Shown here in pieces: positions 30,595-39,375 of a stretch of DNA of 56,842 nt. The stretch comes from Myxococcota bacterium. Lineage in GTDB: Bacteria; Myxococcota_A; UBA796; CAJQPC01. Positions within the stretch are counted from its first letter, which is position 1. Each line of letters opens with the position of its first letter. The notes beneath the pieces are model-generated. The model had not been told where the DNA came from. It searched no databases and was given only the letters and a program-made list of their open reading frames with translations. The translations under genes were made by a program, and so were the position numbers. The stretch is taken from NCBI GenBank assembly GCA_036012755.1, contig DASCPX010000023.1, forward strand, positions 1 through 56,842, read 5' to 3'.

Positions 30595-31956
30595 TCACTT
30601 GTAGTCGCCGGGGTCTATCCCGTGTTTCTTGAGGAGCCCATAGAGGTCCGCCCGGTACTTGCCCGCCTGCCGAGCGGCGGCTGACACGTTGCCAGTGGTC
30701 GAGCGCAGCAGGCGGGTGAGGTACTGGCGCTCGAAGGCATCCCGAGCCTCACGCAAGGGCACGATCTCCTCGCCGTCCACACCGATGGGGTTCCCGAACT
30801 CCTCGAGGTCTCGCACCGAGAGCCGGTCCCCATCGCACAGGATGATGGCGCGCTCCAAGGTGTTCTCGAGCTCGCGAACGTTGCCGGGCCACCGCGCGCT
30901 CTCCAGCCGCTGCATCGCCTCGGGTGCGAAGCCCTTGATCGGCTTGTCGTGCCGCTTGCAGAAGCGCTCCAGGAAATGCTGGGCCAACAGCGGCACGTCC
31001 TCGGCCCGCTCGCGCAGGGAGGGGACGTGGATTGGGACCACGTGTAGGCGGAAGTAGAGATCCTGCCGGAAGTTGCCGCGCTCGACCTCGGCCCGCAGGT
31101 CCTTGTTGGTCGCGACCACGACCCGCACGTCGATGCGCTTCGGCTTGCCCCCGCCCAGCCTCGTGATCTCACCCTCCTGCAGGACCCGCAGCAGGCTGCG
31201 CTGCATCGCCGGGCTGATGTCGCCGACCTCGTCGAGGAGCAGGGTGCCACCATGGGCCCGCTGGAAGAGCCCTTCCTTGTCGGTCCGCGCGTCCGTGAAG
31301 GCGCCCTTCTTGTAGCCGAAGAGCTCGCTCTGGAGCAGCGTGTCCGGCAGCGCGGCGCAGTTGACCGCGACGAACTGCCTGTTCGCCCGAGGCGAGAGGC
31401 TGTGGATGGCCTTCGCGACCATCTCCTTGCCAGTGCCGGAGTCGCCGGAGATGAGCACGGTCGTGGTGGTGGGGGCGACCCGCTCGATGAGCTCGAAGAC
31501 CTTCTTCATGGCCGAGCTGCGACCGATGATGCCCTCGAGCTCGGCCCTGGACTCCACGGCGCGCCGAAGCCCCGCGACCTCCTCCGCGAGCTGGTGTTGT
31601 TCAACACAGCGGGCCAGCTGGGCGAAGAGCTCCTCGCGGTCGATGGGCTTGGTGAGGTAGCCCGCGGCGCCCTTGTTCATCGCCTCGATGGCGTTGGGGA
31701 TGGACCCGTGGGCGGTGATGATGAGCACGGGGATCTGATCATCGATCCGGTGGACCCGCTCCATCACGTCGAGGCCGTCTTCGCCCTCGAGCCGCAGATC
31801 GGACAGCACGACGTCGGGACGCTCGTCGACCACGAAGCGCACGGCCTCGTCCCCGGTTCGAGCCGTGAGGGCTCGATAGCCCCCCGCTTTCAGTCGCATG
31901 CTCAGGACGGTGAGGATGTTCTCGTCGTCATCGACGAGCAGGACGGTGGGATCCAC
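30595..31956 (-). CDS. Sigma-54-dependent response regulator (NtrC family, GlrR/QseF-like)
   Basis: Receiver domain (VDDD, SD, TAHG, KP), GDSGTGKE, GAFTDA, FRQDLYFRL, WPGNVREL, Fis HTH GNVSAAARQAGKYRADLY. Confidence 0.93.
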   Translation of the reverse strand: MDPTVLLVDDDENILTVLSMRLKAGGYRALTARTGDEAVRFVVDERPDVVLSDLRLEGEDGLDVMERVHRIDDQIPVLIITAHGSIPNAIEAMNKGAAGYLTKPIDREELFAQLARCVEQHQLAEEVAGLRRAVESRAELEGIIGRSSAMKKVFELIERVAPTTTTVLISGDSGTGKEMVAKAIHSLSPRANRQFVAVNCAALPDTLLQSELFGYKKGAFTDARTDKEGLFQRAHGGTLLLDEVGDISPAMQRSLLRVLQEGEITRLGGGKPKRIDVRVVVATNKDLRAEVERGNFRQDLYFRLHVVPIHVPSLRERAEDVPLLAQHFLERFCKRHDKPIKGFAPEAMQRLESARWPGNVRELENTLERAIILCDGDRLSVRDLEEFGNPIGVDGEEIVPLREARDAFERQYLTRLLRSTTGNVSAAARQAGKYRADLYGLLKKHGIDPGDYK

Positions 31957-31967
31957 CGAGTCTCCAC

Positions 31968-32004
31968 TGTATGACCGGGCCTACAGTGTCTTGTTTTCCA
32001 TACA
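31968..32004. promoter_or_regulatory. Two tandem TGT-N12-ACA palindromes (candidate enhancer-binding-protein sites)
   Basis: TGTA-N10-TACA at 31968-31985 and TGTC-N10-TACA at 31987-32004, just upstream of the response regulator. Confidence 0.55.
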
Positions 32005-32022
32005 GGTGCAAGTCGGGGAGGG

Positions 32023-33336
32023 CTAGGCCGTCGGATCCGGAATGGCCTTGAGCGCCTGGGCGACGAAGCGGCTCTTGAGCTGTTCGCTCGCCAGCGCGCG
32101 CTCTGCGGGGGGGAGCCTGGTCATGGCCCGCAGCGCCGCGTTGAGGAAGCGGTGGCCGCGGCTTGCGCCCTCGTCCACGATGAGGTGGGCGAGCCGGCCG
32201 CGCTCCATCGCCATGCGGATCGAGCGGTCGATGACGTTCTTGGGTGGGGAGCGTGGCGCCCCGTCCCTCTCCAGCGTCATGGCCTCCTTGGGGCAGGCGA
32301 TCCCGCAGACGCCACAGCCGATGCAGCGATCGGTGTCCACACCCGGGCGGAGGTTGTTCTTGGGCTTGCCCTCCGCTCGGATCGCGTTCATCGCGATGGC
32401 GGAGATCGGGCAGGCGCGAGCACAGCGGGAGCAGCCGGTGCAGAGCTCCTCGTCGTGGACCGGGAGGAAGCCCGAGGGGGCCACGGCGGGCAGGTTCCAG
32501 CGGTTGATGGCGAGGAGCTGGCCGCAGCAGCAGCCGCAGCAGGAGCAGATGTAGGTCGGCTTGTCCTGCACGTTGTCGGCGATGTGCACGAGCTTGTGCT
32601 CCCGCGCCACCTCCAAGAGCTCCATGGCCTCCTGCTTGGTGACCTCGCGCCCGAACTTCCGGCGGATGACGAAGTCGGCGCCGGCGTCGATGCTCATGCA
32701 CACCTCTTGCGGCGCCTTGCAGGCGTGCCCGAGGTGCTCGGCCTTGTGGCGGCAGTAGCAGACGCTCACAGCGTGCCGGCTGGCGTCCCTGATGATCGAG
32801 GTGGCCCGCTCCCAGTCGAGGACCTCTGCCTGGTCCTCGCCCATGACGTCCTCGTGGGCCAGCGAGCGACCGATCACGGTCTCCCCGCCGAAGACGTCGT
32901 TCGCGAAAGCCGGGTCGCCGTACATGTAGGCGCCCATGGCCTTTGCGATGGCGGCCTGGTCGATGTTCTCGTCCTTCGCTCGCATCAAGCTGAACTCGAA
33001 GAAGCCCACAACCGGAGGGGCCAGCATCCAGCGGGTCTTGCCGGTCGTGGGGCTGACCAGGTCCATGACCAGGCCCTTGTCGGCCATGCGGTCGAGCTTG
33101 GGAGACAGCTCGGCGATCGGCATGCCCACCCGCTCGGCGACCCTGGCCAGGCTGGAGGGTCTCACCGGCATCTTCGAGGCGATCGTCGCCTCCTCGGCCG
33201 TGTAGAGGATCTCCAGGATCTCCTTCCACCCGACCCAGGCTGCCGGGTCCTCTGGCTCGGGCAGGCCCACGATGCCGGCGTCCAGCCGACGCACGAGGTC
33301 GCGGTACTCCTGCTTGAGGTGACCGAGGTGTCCCAT
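32023..33336 (-). CDS. Multi-cluster iron-sulfur protein (2x[4Fe-4S] ferredoxin domain plus Cys-rich domain)
   Basis: CYCR..C..C, CSCCGCCC, CTGCSRCARACP, CIGCGVCGIACP. Start ATG 33336. Confidence 0.88.
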   Translation of the reverse strand: MGHLGHLKQEYRDLVRRLDAGIVGLPEPEDPAAWVGWKEILEILYTAEEATIASKMPVRPSSLARVAERVGMPIAELSPKLDRMADKGLVMDLVSPTTGKTRWMLAPPVVGFFEFSLMRAKDENIDQAAIAKAMGAYMYGDPAFANDVFGGETVIGRSLAHEDVMGEDQAEVLDWERATSIIRDASRHAVSVCYCRHKAEHLGHACKAPQEVCMSIDAGADFVIRRKFGREVTKQEAMELLEVAREHKLVHIADNVQDKPTYICSCCGCCCGQLLAINRWNLPAVAPSGFLPVHDEELCTGCSRCARACPISAIAMNAIRAEGKPKNNLRPGVDTDRCIGCGVCGIACPKEAMTLERDGAPRSPPKNVIDRSIRMAMERGRLAHLIVDEGASRGHRFLNAALRAMTRLPPAERALASEQLKSRFVAQALKAIPDPTA

Positions 33337-33375
33337 CGCGCGCTCCTTTCCCACCGAGCATAGCGGGGGCGATGC

Positions 33376-34800
33376 TCACACGTCCCAGATCCGCCCCGGT
33401 ACCAGCGTGAAGCAGAAGCGCGCCCCGCCGCCGAAGTTGTCGTCGACCCAGATCCGGCCGCCGTGGGTCTCGACGATCTCCCGGCAGATGTAGAGGCCGA
33501 GCCCGCTGCCGCCACGGTGCTCCTCTCGCGGGACCTGGAAGAAGCGCTCGAAGATGCGCTTCTGGTAGTTCGTGGGGACCCCCGGGCCCTGGTCCGAGAC
33601 CACGACGAGGACGCCGTTGGCCGAGGCGCGCACGAGCTCGGTGTTCTCCAGCATGCTGACCTCGACCCGCACCACGCCACCGTCCGGACTGAACTTCACC
33701 GCGTTGCTGACGAGGTTCATCACGACCTGCTCGACCATGCCGCGGTTGATGACGACCTCTGGGAGGCTGGGCTCGATCTCCGCCTCGAGCGCCACGTCGC
33801 GAGACCGGGCGAGGAGCTGGAGGTCGTCGAGGACCGCGCGGACGGCGGCGCCGACGTCCCCCGGCGTGAGCTCCGCCTGGGTGCTGCCCAGCCGTGACAG
33901 GTCGAGCACGTTCGCGACCAGGCCGCGAAGGCGTCCGACGTCGGACTTGAGCACCCGAACGAGGCGTCGCTGGTCCTCTGTGAGCGGACCCGCCACCTCC
34001 TCGTCGAGCAGATCGGCGGCCTCGCTCATGGAGGTCAGCGGCGTCTTGAGGTCGTGGCTGACGTTCGCGAAGAAGTCCACCTTCATGCGGTCGAGGATCG
34101 CGATGCGGTTGGCCATGTCGTCGAAGGCCGTCGCGAGCTGACCGAGCTCGTCGCTGCGGCCGAGCTCGATCCTGTAGTGGAAGTCGCCAGAGGCCAGCGC
34201 GGCGGTCCCCCGCTCCAGCTCCCGCACGGCGTCGCCGAGATCGCGGGCCACGACGTAGGCGAGCCAGCCGCCGATGACCATCACGACGCCGACCATGAAG
34301 ATGACGAAAGCCCCCGTCGTCCGACCCATGCGCACGACCTGCAGGAGGTCGCCCTGGACTTCGGTCCGGTACTCCCGGTGTCGCAGCTCCAGCTCGTGCA
34401 CGACGGTCCGCGCCGCGAGCTGAGCGCTCTGGGGCTCCGTTCCGTCGAGCCCGGCCTCCTCCTCGTAGTCCGAGACCAGCCCGAGGAGGTGGGCGGCGTC
34501 TTCGACGTTGCCGTCCTGGCCGAGGTCCGTGAGGTTCGAGTGGACCCGTGACGACCTCAGCCGCGCCTCCTCCAGGTAGATGGGGTCCCCGGTCTCGGCG
34601 TAGCGCTCGAGCAGCGCGTACTCCTCGCGGAAGGTGGCGGTGGCCTCTGCGGCGGTGACCATCCGGCGAAGCTGGACGGCCCTCGCCTGCTGGACCGAGC
34701 GCGTCATCGTCCAGAGGGCAGCGACCGCCAGCAAGCCCGTGATGAGCAGTGGCACCAGCGGCGCGAGCTGGGCGGCGAGGAGCCGGTTCTGGAAGTTCAC
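33376..34800 (-). CDS. HAMP-domain sensor histidine kinase (GlrK/QseE-like)
   Basis: Two TM, HAMP (DELGQLA..F..M), SHDLKTPL, NLVSNAVKFS, DQGPG, GSGLGL. GTG 34800 overlaps the rsmA stop. Confidence 0.93.
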   Translation of the reverse strand: MNFQNRLLAAQLAPLVPLLITGLLAVAALWTMTRSVQQARAVQLRRMVTAAEATATFREEYALLERYAETGDPIYLEEARLRSSRVHSNLTDLGQDGNVEDAAHLLGLVSDYEEEAGLDGTEPQSAQLAARTVVHELELRHREYRTEVQGDLLQVVRMGRTTGAFVIFMVGVVMVIGGWLAYVVARDLGDAVRELERGTAALASGDFHYRIELGRSDELGQLATAFDDMANRIAILDRMKVDFFANVSHDLKTPLTSMSEAADLLDEEVAGPLTEDQRRLVRVLKSDVGRLRGLVANVLDLSRLGSTQAELTPGDVGAAVRAVLDDLQLLARSRDVALEAEIEPSLPEVVINRGMVEQVVMNLVSNAVKFSPDGGVVRVEVSMLENTELVRASANGVLVVVSDQGPGVPTNYQKRIFERFFQVPREEHRGGSGLGLYICREIVETHGGRIWVDDNFGGGARFCFTLVPGRIWDV

Positions 34801-35594
34801 GAAAGAGCCTCCGCCAGAGCCTGCCACTCCTCCAGGCCGAGGGACTCGGCGCGACGTCCGGTGCCGACCGTCTCGGCGAGCGCCTTCCGCGCCACGTCCT
34901 TGCCGAAGGCGGGCCCCAGAGCGTTCGCGAGGACCTTTCGCCGCTGGGAGAAACCGGCGCGCACGACCTTCTCGAAGTGCTCCAGATCCAACGGTCGCCC
35001 GGAGTCGAGGAGCTCGAAGACCACGACCGCCGAGTCGATCTTCGGGCGCGGATGGAAGTCAGCGGGCCCCAGCGACAGCGCCAACCGGGCCTGGGCGTGG
35101 GCCGCCACCAGGACGCTCAGCGAGCCGTAGGTCTTCGAGCCCGGGCCAGCCACGATGCGCTCCGCGACCTCTCGCTGGAACATCAGCACCAGCCGGTCGA
35201 AGCGTCGATCGACCAGGACCCGCCTGAGGATTCGCGTGCTCACGTTGTAGGGCAGGTTCGCGCAGCAGACCCAGCCTGTGCCCGGGGCGACCTCGGACAG
35301 ATCGACCCGCAGGGCGTCCCCCTCCACCAGGTCCAGCTCCGGCAGCTCGACGCGAAGATGAGCGGCCAGGTCCCGGTCCAGCTCGATGGCTCGCAGCGTC
35401 GCGCCCGTGTCGATCAGCGCCCGGGTCAGGGCCCCCAGCCCGGGGCCGATCTCCAGGACCTTCACCCCCTCCCTCGCCCCGCAGAGCTGCACGATGCGCT
35501 TCACGGCGGACTCGCGCACGAGGAAGTTCTGGCCGAAGCGCTTTCGGGCCTGCTGCTCCAGCCTGCGGAGCGTCTGGACGGGGTGCTCGCTCAA
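34797..35594 (-). CDS. rsmA: 16S rRNA m6,6A dimethyltransferase
   Basis: KRFGQNFL, VLEIGPGLGALT, IELD, ANLPYN, MFQREVAER, FHPRPKIDS, FSQRRK. TTG 35594 overlaps the tsaD stop. Confidence 0.95.
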   Translation of the reverse strand: MSEHPVQTLRRLEQQARKRFGQNFLVRESAVKRIVQLCGAREGVKVLEIGPGLGALTRALIDTGATLRAIELDRDLAAHLRVELPELDLVEGDALRVDLSEVAPGTGWVCCANLPYNVSTRILRRVLVDRRFDRLVLMFQREVAERIVAGPGSKTYGSLSVLVAAHAQARLALSLGPADFHPRPKIDSAVVVFELLDSGRPLDLEHFEKVVRAGFSQRRKVLANALGPAFGKDVARKALAETVGTGRRAESLGLEEWQALAEALS

Positions 35595-36556
35595 GGCCTC
35601 GCCAGGGAGTCCAGCGGCCAGCTGGGTCGGGCCGAGACATCGAGACCGTCGCGCTGACCGGCTGCGAGCCGCAGGCGTCCGACGTTGGCGATCATCGCGG
35701 CGTTGTCCGTACAGCGCTGTGGCGCGGGGAGGAAGACGTCGAGCTCCGGACGCTCGGAGAAGCAGGCGCGCACGGCGCTGTTGGCGGCCACACCTCCTGA
35801 CAGCGCGAGGGTGCGGATCCCGGTGGCCTCGGATGCCTTCAGGACACGGTCCAGGAGCACGTCGACCACCGCTGCCTGGAAGGAAGCCGCGATGTCCGCG
35901 TCGAGGGCGCCGGTGTGGTTTCGCACCGCGGTCTTCAGACCTGAAAACGACCAGTTCAGACCCGTGGCGCGAGGCCGGGGGAAGCGGATCGCCGTCGGGT
36001 CGCCCGACCGCGCGAGCCTGTCGATGGCTGGCCCGCCGGGGTAGCCGAGGCCGAGCAGGCGGGCGACCTTGTCGAAGGCCTCGCCTGCTGCGTCGTCGAC
36101 GGTCGTCGCCAGGGTCTCGTAGTCCCCCACAGCCGAGGCGAGGTAGAGCGTGGTGTGACCCCCGCTCACGACCAGCCCCAGGAAGGGAAAGCTCGGGGCC
36201 GGGTCTTCCAACAGCGGGCTCAACAGGTGTCCCTCCAGGTGGTTCACACCGACGAAGGGCAGGCCCCAGCCCAGGGCCAGGGCCTTCGCGTAGGAGAGTC
36301 CGACGAGCACCGCTCCGACGAGCCCCGGCCCGGAGGTCGCCGCGACCCCTTCGAGAACGCAGCCGGCCTGCTCCAGCGCGGCCATCACCACGGCGGGGAG
36401 CTTCTCGGCGTGAGCTCGCGATGCCAGCTCGGGCACGACGCCCAGGTATTGCTCGTGCACGGTCTGGGTGTAGACGACGTCCGAGAGGATGCCCTCTGGG
36501 CCCACAACAGCCGCCGCGGTCTCGTCGCAACTCGTCTCGATGCCCAGAACCATCAT
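35591..36556 (-). CDS. tsaD: tRNA N6-adenosine threonylcarbamoyltransferase
   Basis: LGIETSCDET, GVVPELASRAH, VNHLEGH, VSGGHT, DDAAGEAFDK, SFSGLKT, GGVAAN, TDNAAMI. Confidence 0.97.
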   Translation of the reverse strand: MMVLGIETSCDETAAAVVGPEGILSDVVYTQTVHEQYLGVVPELASRAHAEKLPAVVMAALEQAGCVLEGVAATSGPGLVGAVLVGLSYAKALALGWGLPFVGVNHLEGHLLSPLLEDPAPSFPFLGLVVSGGHTTLYLASAVGDYETLATTVDDAAGEAFDKVARLLGLGYPGGPAIDRLARSGDPTAIRFPRPRATGLNWSFSGLKTAVRNHTGALDADIAASFQAAVVDVLLDRVLKASEATGIRTLALSGGVAANSAVRACFSERPELDVFLPAPQRCTDNAAMIANVGRLRLAAGQRDGLDVSARPSWPLDSLARP

Positions 36557-36581
36557 CTGACTGCTTATATTGCCCGGCGTG

Positions 36582-37934
36582 ATGTTCTTCCTGCTCGCAT
36601 CCTCCTGTCAGCCCGAGACCGGGATCGTCGAAGGCGAGCCGGAGCTGGTCGTCGACATCTCCGAGCTGGACTTCGACGAGGTCGTCATCGGTGCCCAGGT
36701 CACCCTCACCTTCGAGGTGCACAACGAGGGCATCGGCGTCCTCGTCCTGGACCCGGTCGTGCTCGCCGAGGGAACGCACGAGCGCTACTCCATCACCGCG
36801 GTCCCTGAAGAGGTCGACCCGCGCGAGAGCTCCGAGATCAGCCTGCGCTTCGCCCCCGACGAGGTCGGCGAGGCCCTGGGCACCTTCGAGATCCACGCCA
36901 ACGACGAGGACAACCCGCTGGTCGAGGTCGCGCTCACGGGCGAGGGGGTCGAACCTCACATCGACGTGGACCCGGAGACCCTGTGGTTCGGGGACATCCC
37001 CCTCGGCGGCAGCTCCACCCTGCCGGTGGACATCGTCGCCCGCGGCCAGGGGAGGTTGCGCATCGAGGCCATCGAGCTCGACGACGACGCGGGCGTCTTC
37101 AGCTTCGAGGCCCCCGTCGAGATCCCCCACAAGCTCGAGAGCGGGACCGGGATCTCGCTGGATGTGACCTTCACGCCCGTCGACGAGGACCCGGTCGACG
37201 GCAACCTGCTCATCGCGACCAACGACCCGGACGATCCCGTCGTCGCGGTGCGGCTGCTGGGAAACACAGAGGACATGGGCGAGCCCCCCACGGTCGAGAT
37301 CACCTCGCCGGACTGGGGGAACTACTTCATCGAGGGGGAGACGGTGGAGCTCGAGGGCGTCGCGGTCGACGACGGCGGCCCGGAGAACCTGCTGGTGGCC
37401 TGGTACGCCGATGGTTCGCTGCTGGGCACCTCGACACCCGACGGCTCCGACGTGTCGCTGGAGAGCACCCTGCCCCCCGGCGATATCACCATCACCCTGC
37501 GAGCCACCGACGGTGACGGACAGTCCGCAGAGGACACCGTCGACGTGACCGTGTGGGAGCTCGACGAGCCGGCCATGTACACGCTCTCCGGCGGCGCCAG
37601 CATCTTCGATCACTGGGCCGTCGATGATGACGTCGCGGTGTACATCGACGGCACCCTGGTCTTCTCGGACACCAGCGAGTCCCGCTCCACCCACGCCCCG
37701 CTGGCCATCGAGGCTGCGACAGGCCAGAGCCTCCGCATCGTCGCCACCGACCACAACTACTGCGAGAAGTTCCTGGACCCCCTCGTGCTGCACTGGGGCA
37801 CCGACGCCTCCCAGGAGCTCAACGACGAGGTCTGCGTGAGCTCCTGCCCCGAAGACGCCTGCTACGACCCGGACTACGGCGGTCCGTGGCCGAACGACTT
37901 CTTCGACGAGAGCTACGTCATCTCGATTCCGTAG
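36582..37934 (+). CDS. Acidic lipoprotein with tandem Ig-like (ASH / choice-of-anchor D-like) domains
   Basis: MFFLLASSC lipobox; repeated LDF/LWFG.V...N.G...L...F.P...NDPD..V.L.G pattern; Cys-containing C-terminal domain. Confidence 0.75.
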   Translation: MFFLLASSCQPETGIVEGEPELVVDISELDFDEVVIGAQVTLTFEVHNEGIGVLVLDPVVLAEGTHERYSITAVPEEVDPRESSEISLRFAPDEVGEALGTFEIHANDEDNPLVEVALTGEGVEPHIDVDPETLWFGDIPLGGSSTLPVDIVARGQGRLRIEAIELDDDAGVFSFEAPVEIPHKLESGTGISLDVTFTPVDEDPVDGNLLIATNDPDDPVVAVRLLGNTEDMGEPPTVEITSPDWGNYFIEGETVELEGVAVDDGGPENLLVAWYADGSLLGTSTPDGSDVSLESTLPPGDITITLRATDGDGQSAEDTVDVTVWELDEPAMYTLSGGASIFDHWAVDDDVAVYIDGTLVFSDTSESRSTHAPLAIEAATGQSLRIVATDHNYCEKFLDPLVLHWGTDASQELNDEVCVSSCPEDACYDPDYGGPWPNDFFDESYVISIP

Positions 37935-38249
37935 CCGCCGATGTTCGGATCACAGACCAACACTGGCTGATCACGAATCATCATTTCAGAAATATTTTCA
38001 ATACCCTTTGCGCGATCCCTCACCCGTGGTAGAACCCCAACTGTTGACACGTAAACACCTATTTGGTTCCCCCTTTTGCAGGTTCGCGCTGACCGCTGTT
38101 CTGGAAGCCGTTGCTGACCGAGATGCTGCTGCAAGCACATGCTGCTGAGGAAGCTGAAGGACTCGATGCGGGCCTGGGCGTGTCCCGGCACGAGTCCCCG
38201 CTGATGCAAAACGCCCCACGCGACCTGCAACCCCTCGCCCTGGAGGGGG

Positions 38250-39350
38250 GTGGTGGCTGAGAAGCCGCCCCCCTCCTCGGCACACCTCTCGAGCTTCGCA
38301 GGTCCGCTGCAGCTCCCCGTCCCTCGGGACCTCGTCCGTAGCGCTGCCCACGCGGCGCTGGCCGCCGCATGGCGCGGCATGCGGCCAAACACTGGCGAGC
38401 GCTTCACGAGGGCTCCAGAGAAGCGCCTGTTGTCTCGCCTGTACTACCGGGCCGACGACGGCTGGCAGGCTCCGCTGTTCCGTCTCGAGCCACGCCCCGG
38501 CGCTCCCGGCGAGCCGGTCGTCCTCGCCCACGGGCTGGGGGTCAACCGCCACTGCCTGGATTTCGACCCCAAGCTCTCCCTCGCGCGGACCCTGAACGCC
38601 GAGGGCTACGCCGTCTACCTGCTCGAGCACCGCGGTGACCGCAGCGCCATCGCGCCACCGAAGGCGCCGAGCTGGGACTTCGACGACCTCGCCACCCGCG
38701 ACATCCCGGCGGCGCTCGACGCCGTCCGCGCACACAGCGGCGCGGCGCGGGTGCTCTACGTCGGTCACGGGCTCGGAGGGCAGCTGCTCTACGCCCACCT
38801 CGCCCACAGCCGGGGCGAGGACATCGCGGGGGCCTGCTCGATCTCCGCGCCGGTGCGCTTCACGGCCCCAACCAGCCAGGCACGGGCCTTGCGGAAGGCC
38901 GCACGCTTCCTCCCGGGCGCGCTCCGGCTCCCCACCCGCGCCGCCTCGGCGATGAGCGCCACCTCGCTCATGGGCGAGGGCCTCACCGAGGGCCCGGTCC
39001 ACCGAGGTCTGCTCGTCCACGCCAGCGAGGACCTCCACGTTGGCCTGTTGCGCCAGGTGCTGCGCTGGTTCGAGGCTGGGGCGCTGGTCGATCGCGACGA
39101 CCGCATCGACTACGCCTGCGCGCTGCACGGCCTGAAGACGCCGATTCAGCTCGTCACGAGCTGGGGAGATCCCCTGTGTCGGCCAGAGGACGCGACCCCG
39201 GTGTTGAGCCACCTCGCGGGCCCGAGCGACCTCGTCGAGCTCGACGCGAGCTGGAACCACCTCGACCCATTGTTGGGCAAGGACGCCCCATCCCGGGTGT
39301 ATTCACACATCGTCCGCTTCCTCGGCCGCTTCCGCGAGGCTTGTTGGTAG
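38250..39350 (+). CDS. Alpha/beta-hydrolase-fold protein with Gly at the nucleophile position
   Basis: PVVLAHGL, EHRG, DIPAALD, YVGHGLGG (instead of GHSxGG), D in WGDPL, NHLDPLLG. Confidence 0.85.
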   Translation: MVAEKPPPSSAHLSSFAGPLQLPVPRDLVRSAAHAALAAAWRGMRPNTGERFTRAPEKRLLSRLYYRADDGWQAPLFRLEPRPGAPGEPVVLAHGLGVNRHCLDFDPKLSLARTLNAEGYAVYLLEHRGDRSAIAPPKAPSWDFDDLATRDIPAALDAVRAHSGAARVLYVGHGLGGQLLYAHLAHSRGEDIAGACSISAPVRFTAPTSQARALRKAARFLPGALRLPTRAASAMSATSLMGEGLTEGPVHRGLLVHASEDLHVGLLRQVLRWFEAGALVDRDDRIDYACALHGLKTPIQLVTSWGDPLCRPEDATPVLSHLAGPSDLVELDASWNHLDPLLGKDAPSRVYSHIVRFLGRFREACW

Positions 39351-39375
39351 CGACCACGGGCATTAGCGTCAGTCC

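Noticed and set aside
31967..31986. CTGT...ACAG as a LexA SOS box
   Set aside because: The spacer is 12 nt, not 8; it fits TGT-N12-ACA enhancer-type sites better.
34797..37793. 998-aa ORF as a giant RsmA fusion
   Set aside because: Only 34797-35594 is RsmA; the rest overlaps tsaD in another frame and the antisense of a lipoprotein gene (high-GC open-frame artefact).
38123..38260. 45-codon ORF as a confident CDS
   Set aside because: No clear SD, no recognisable motif and atypical codon usage; mentioned only as a possibility.
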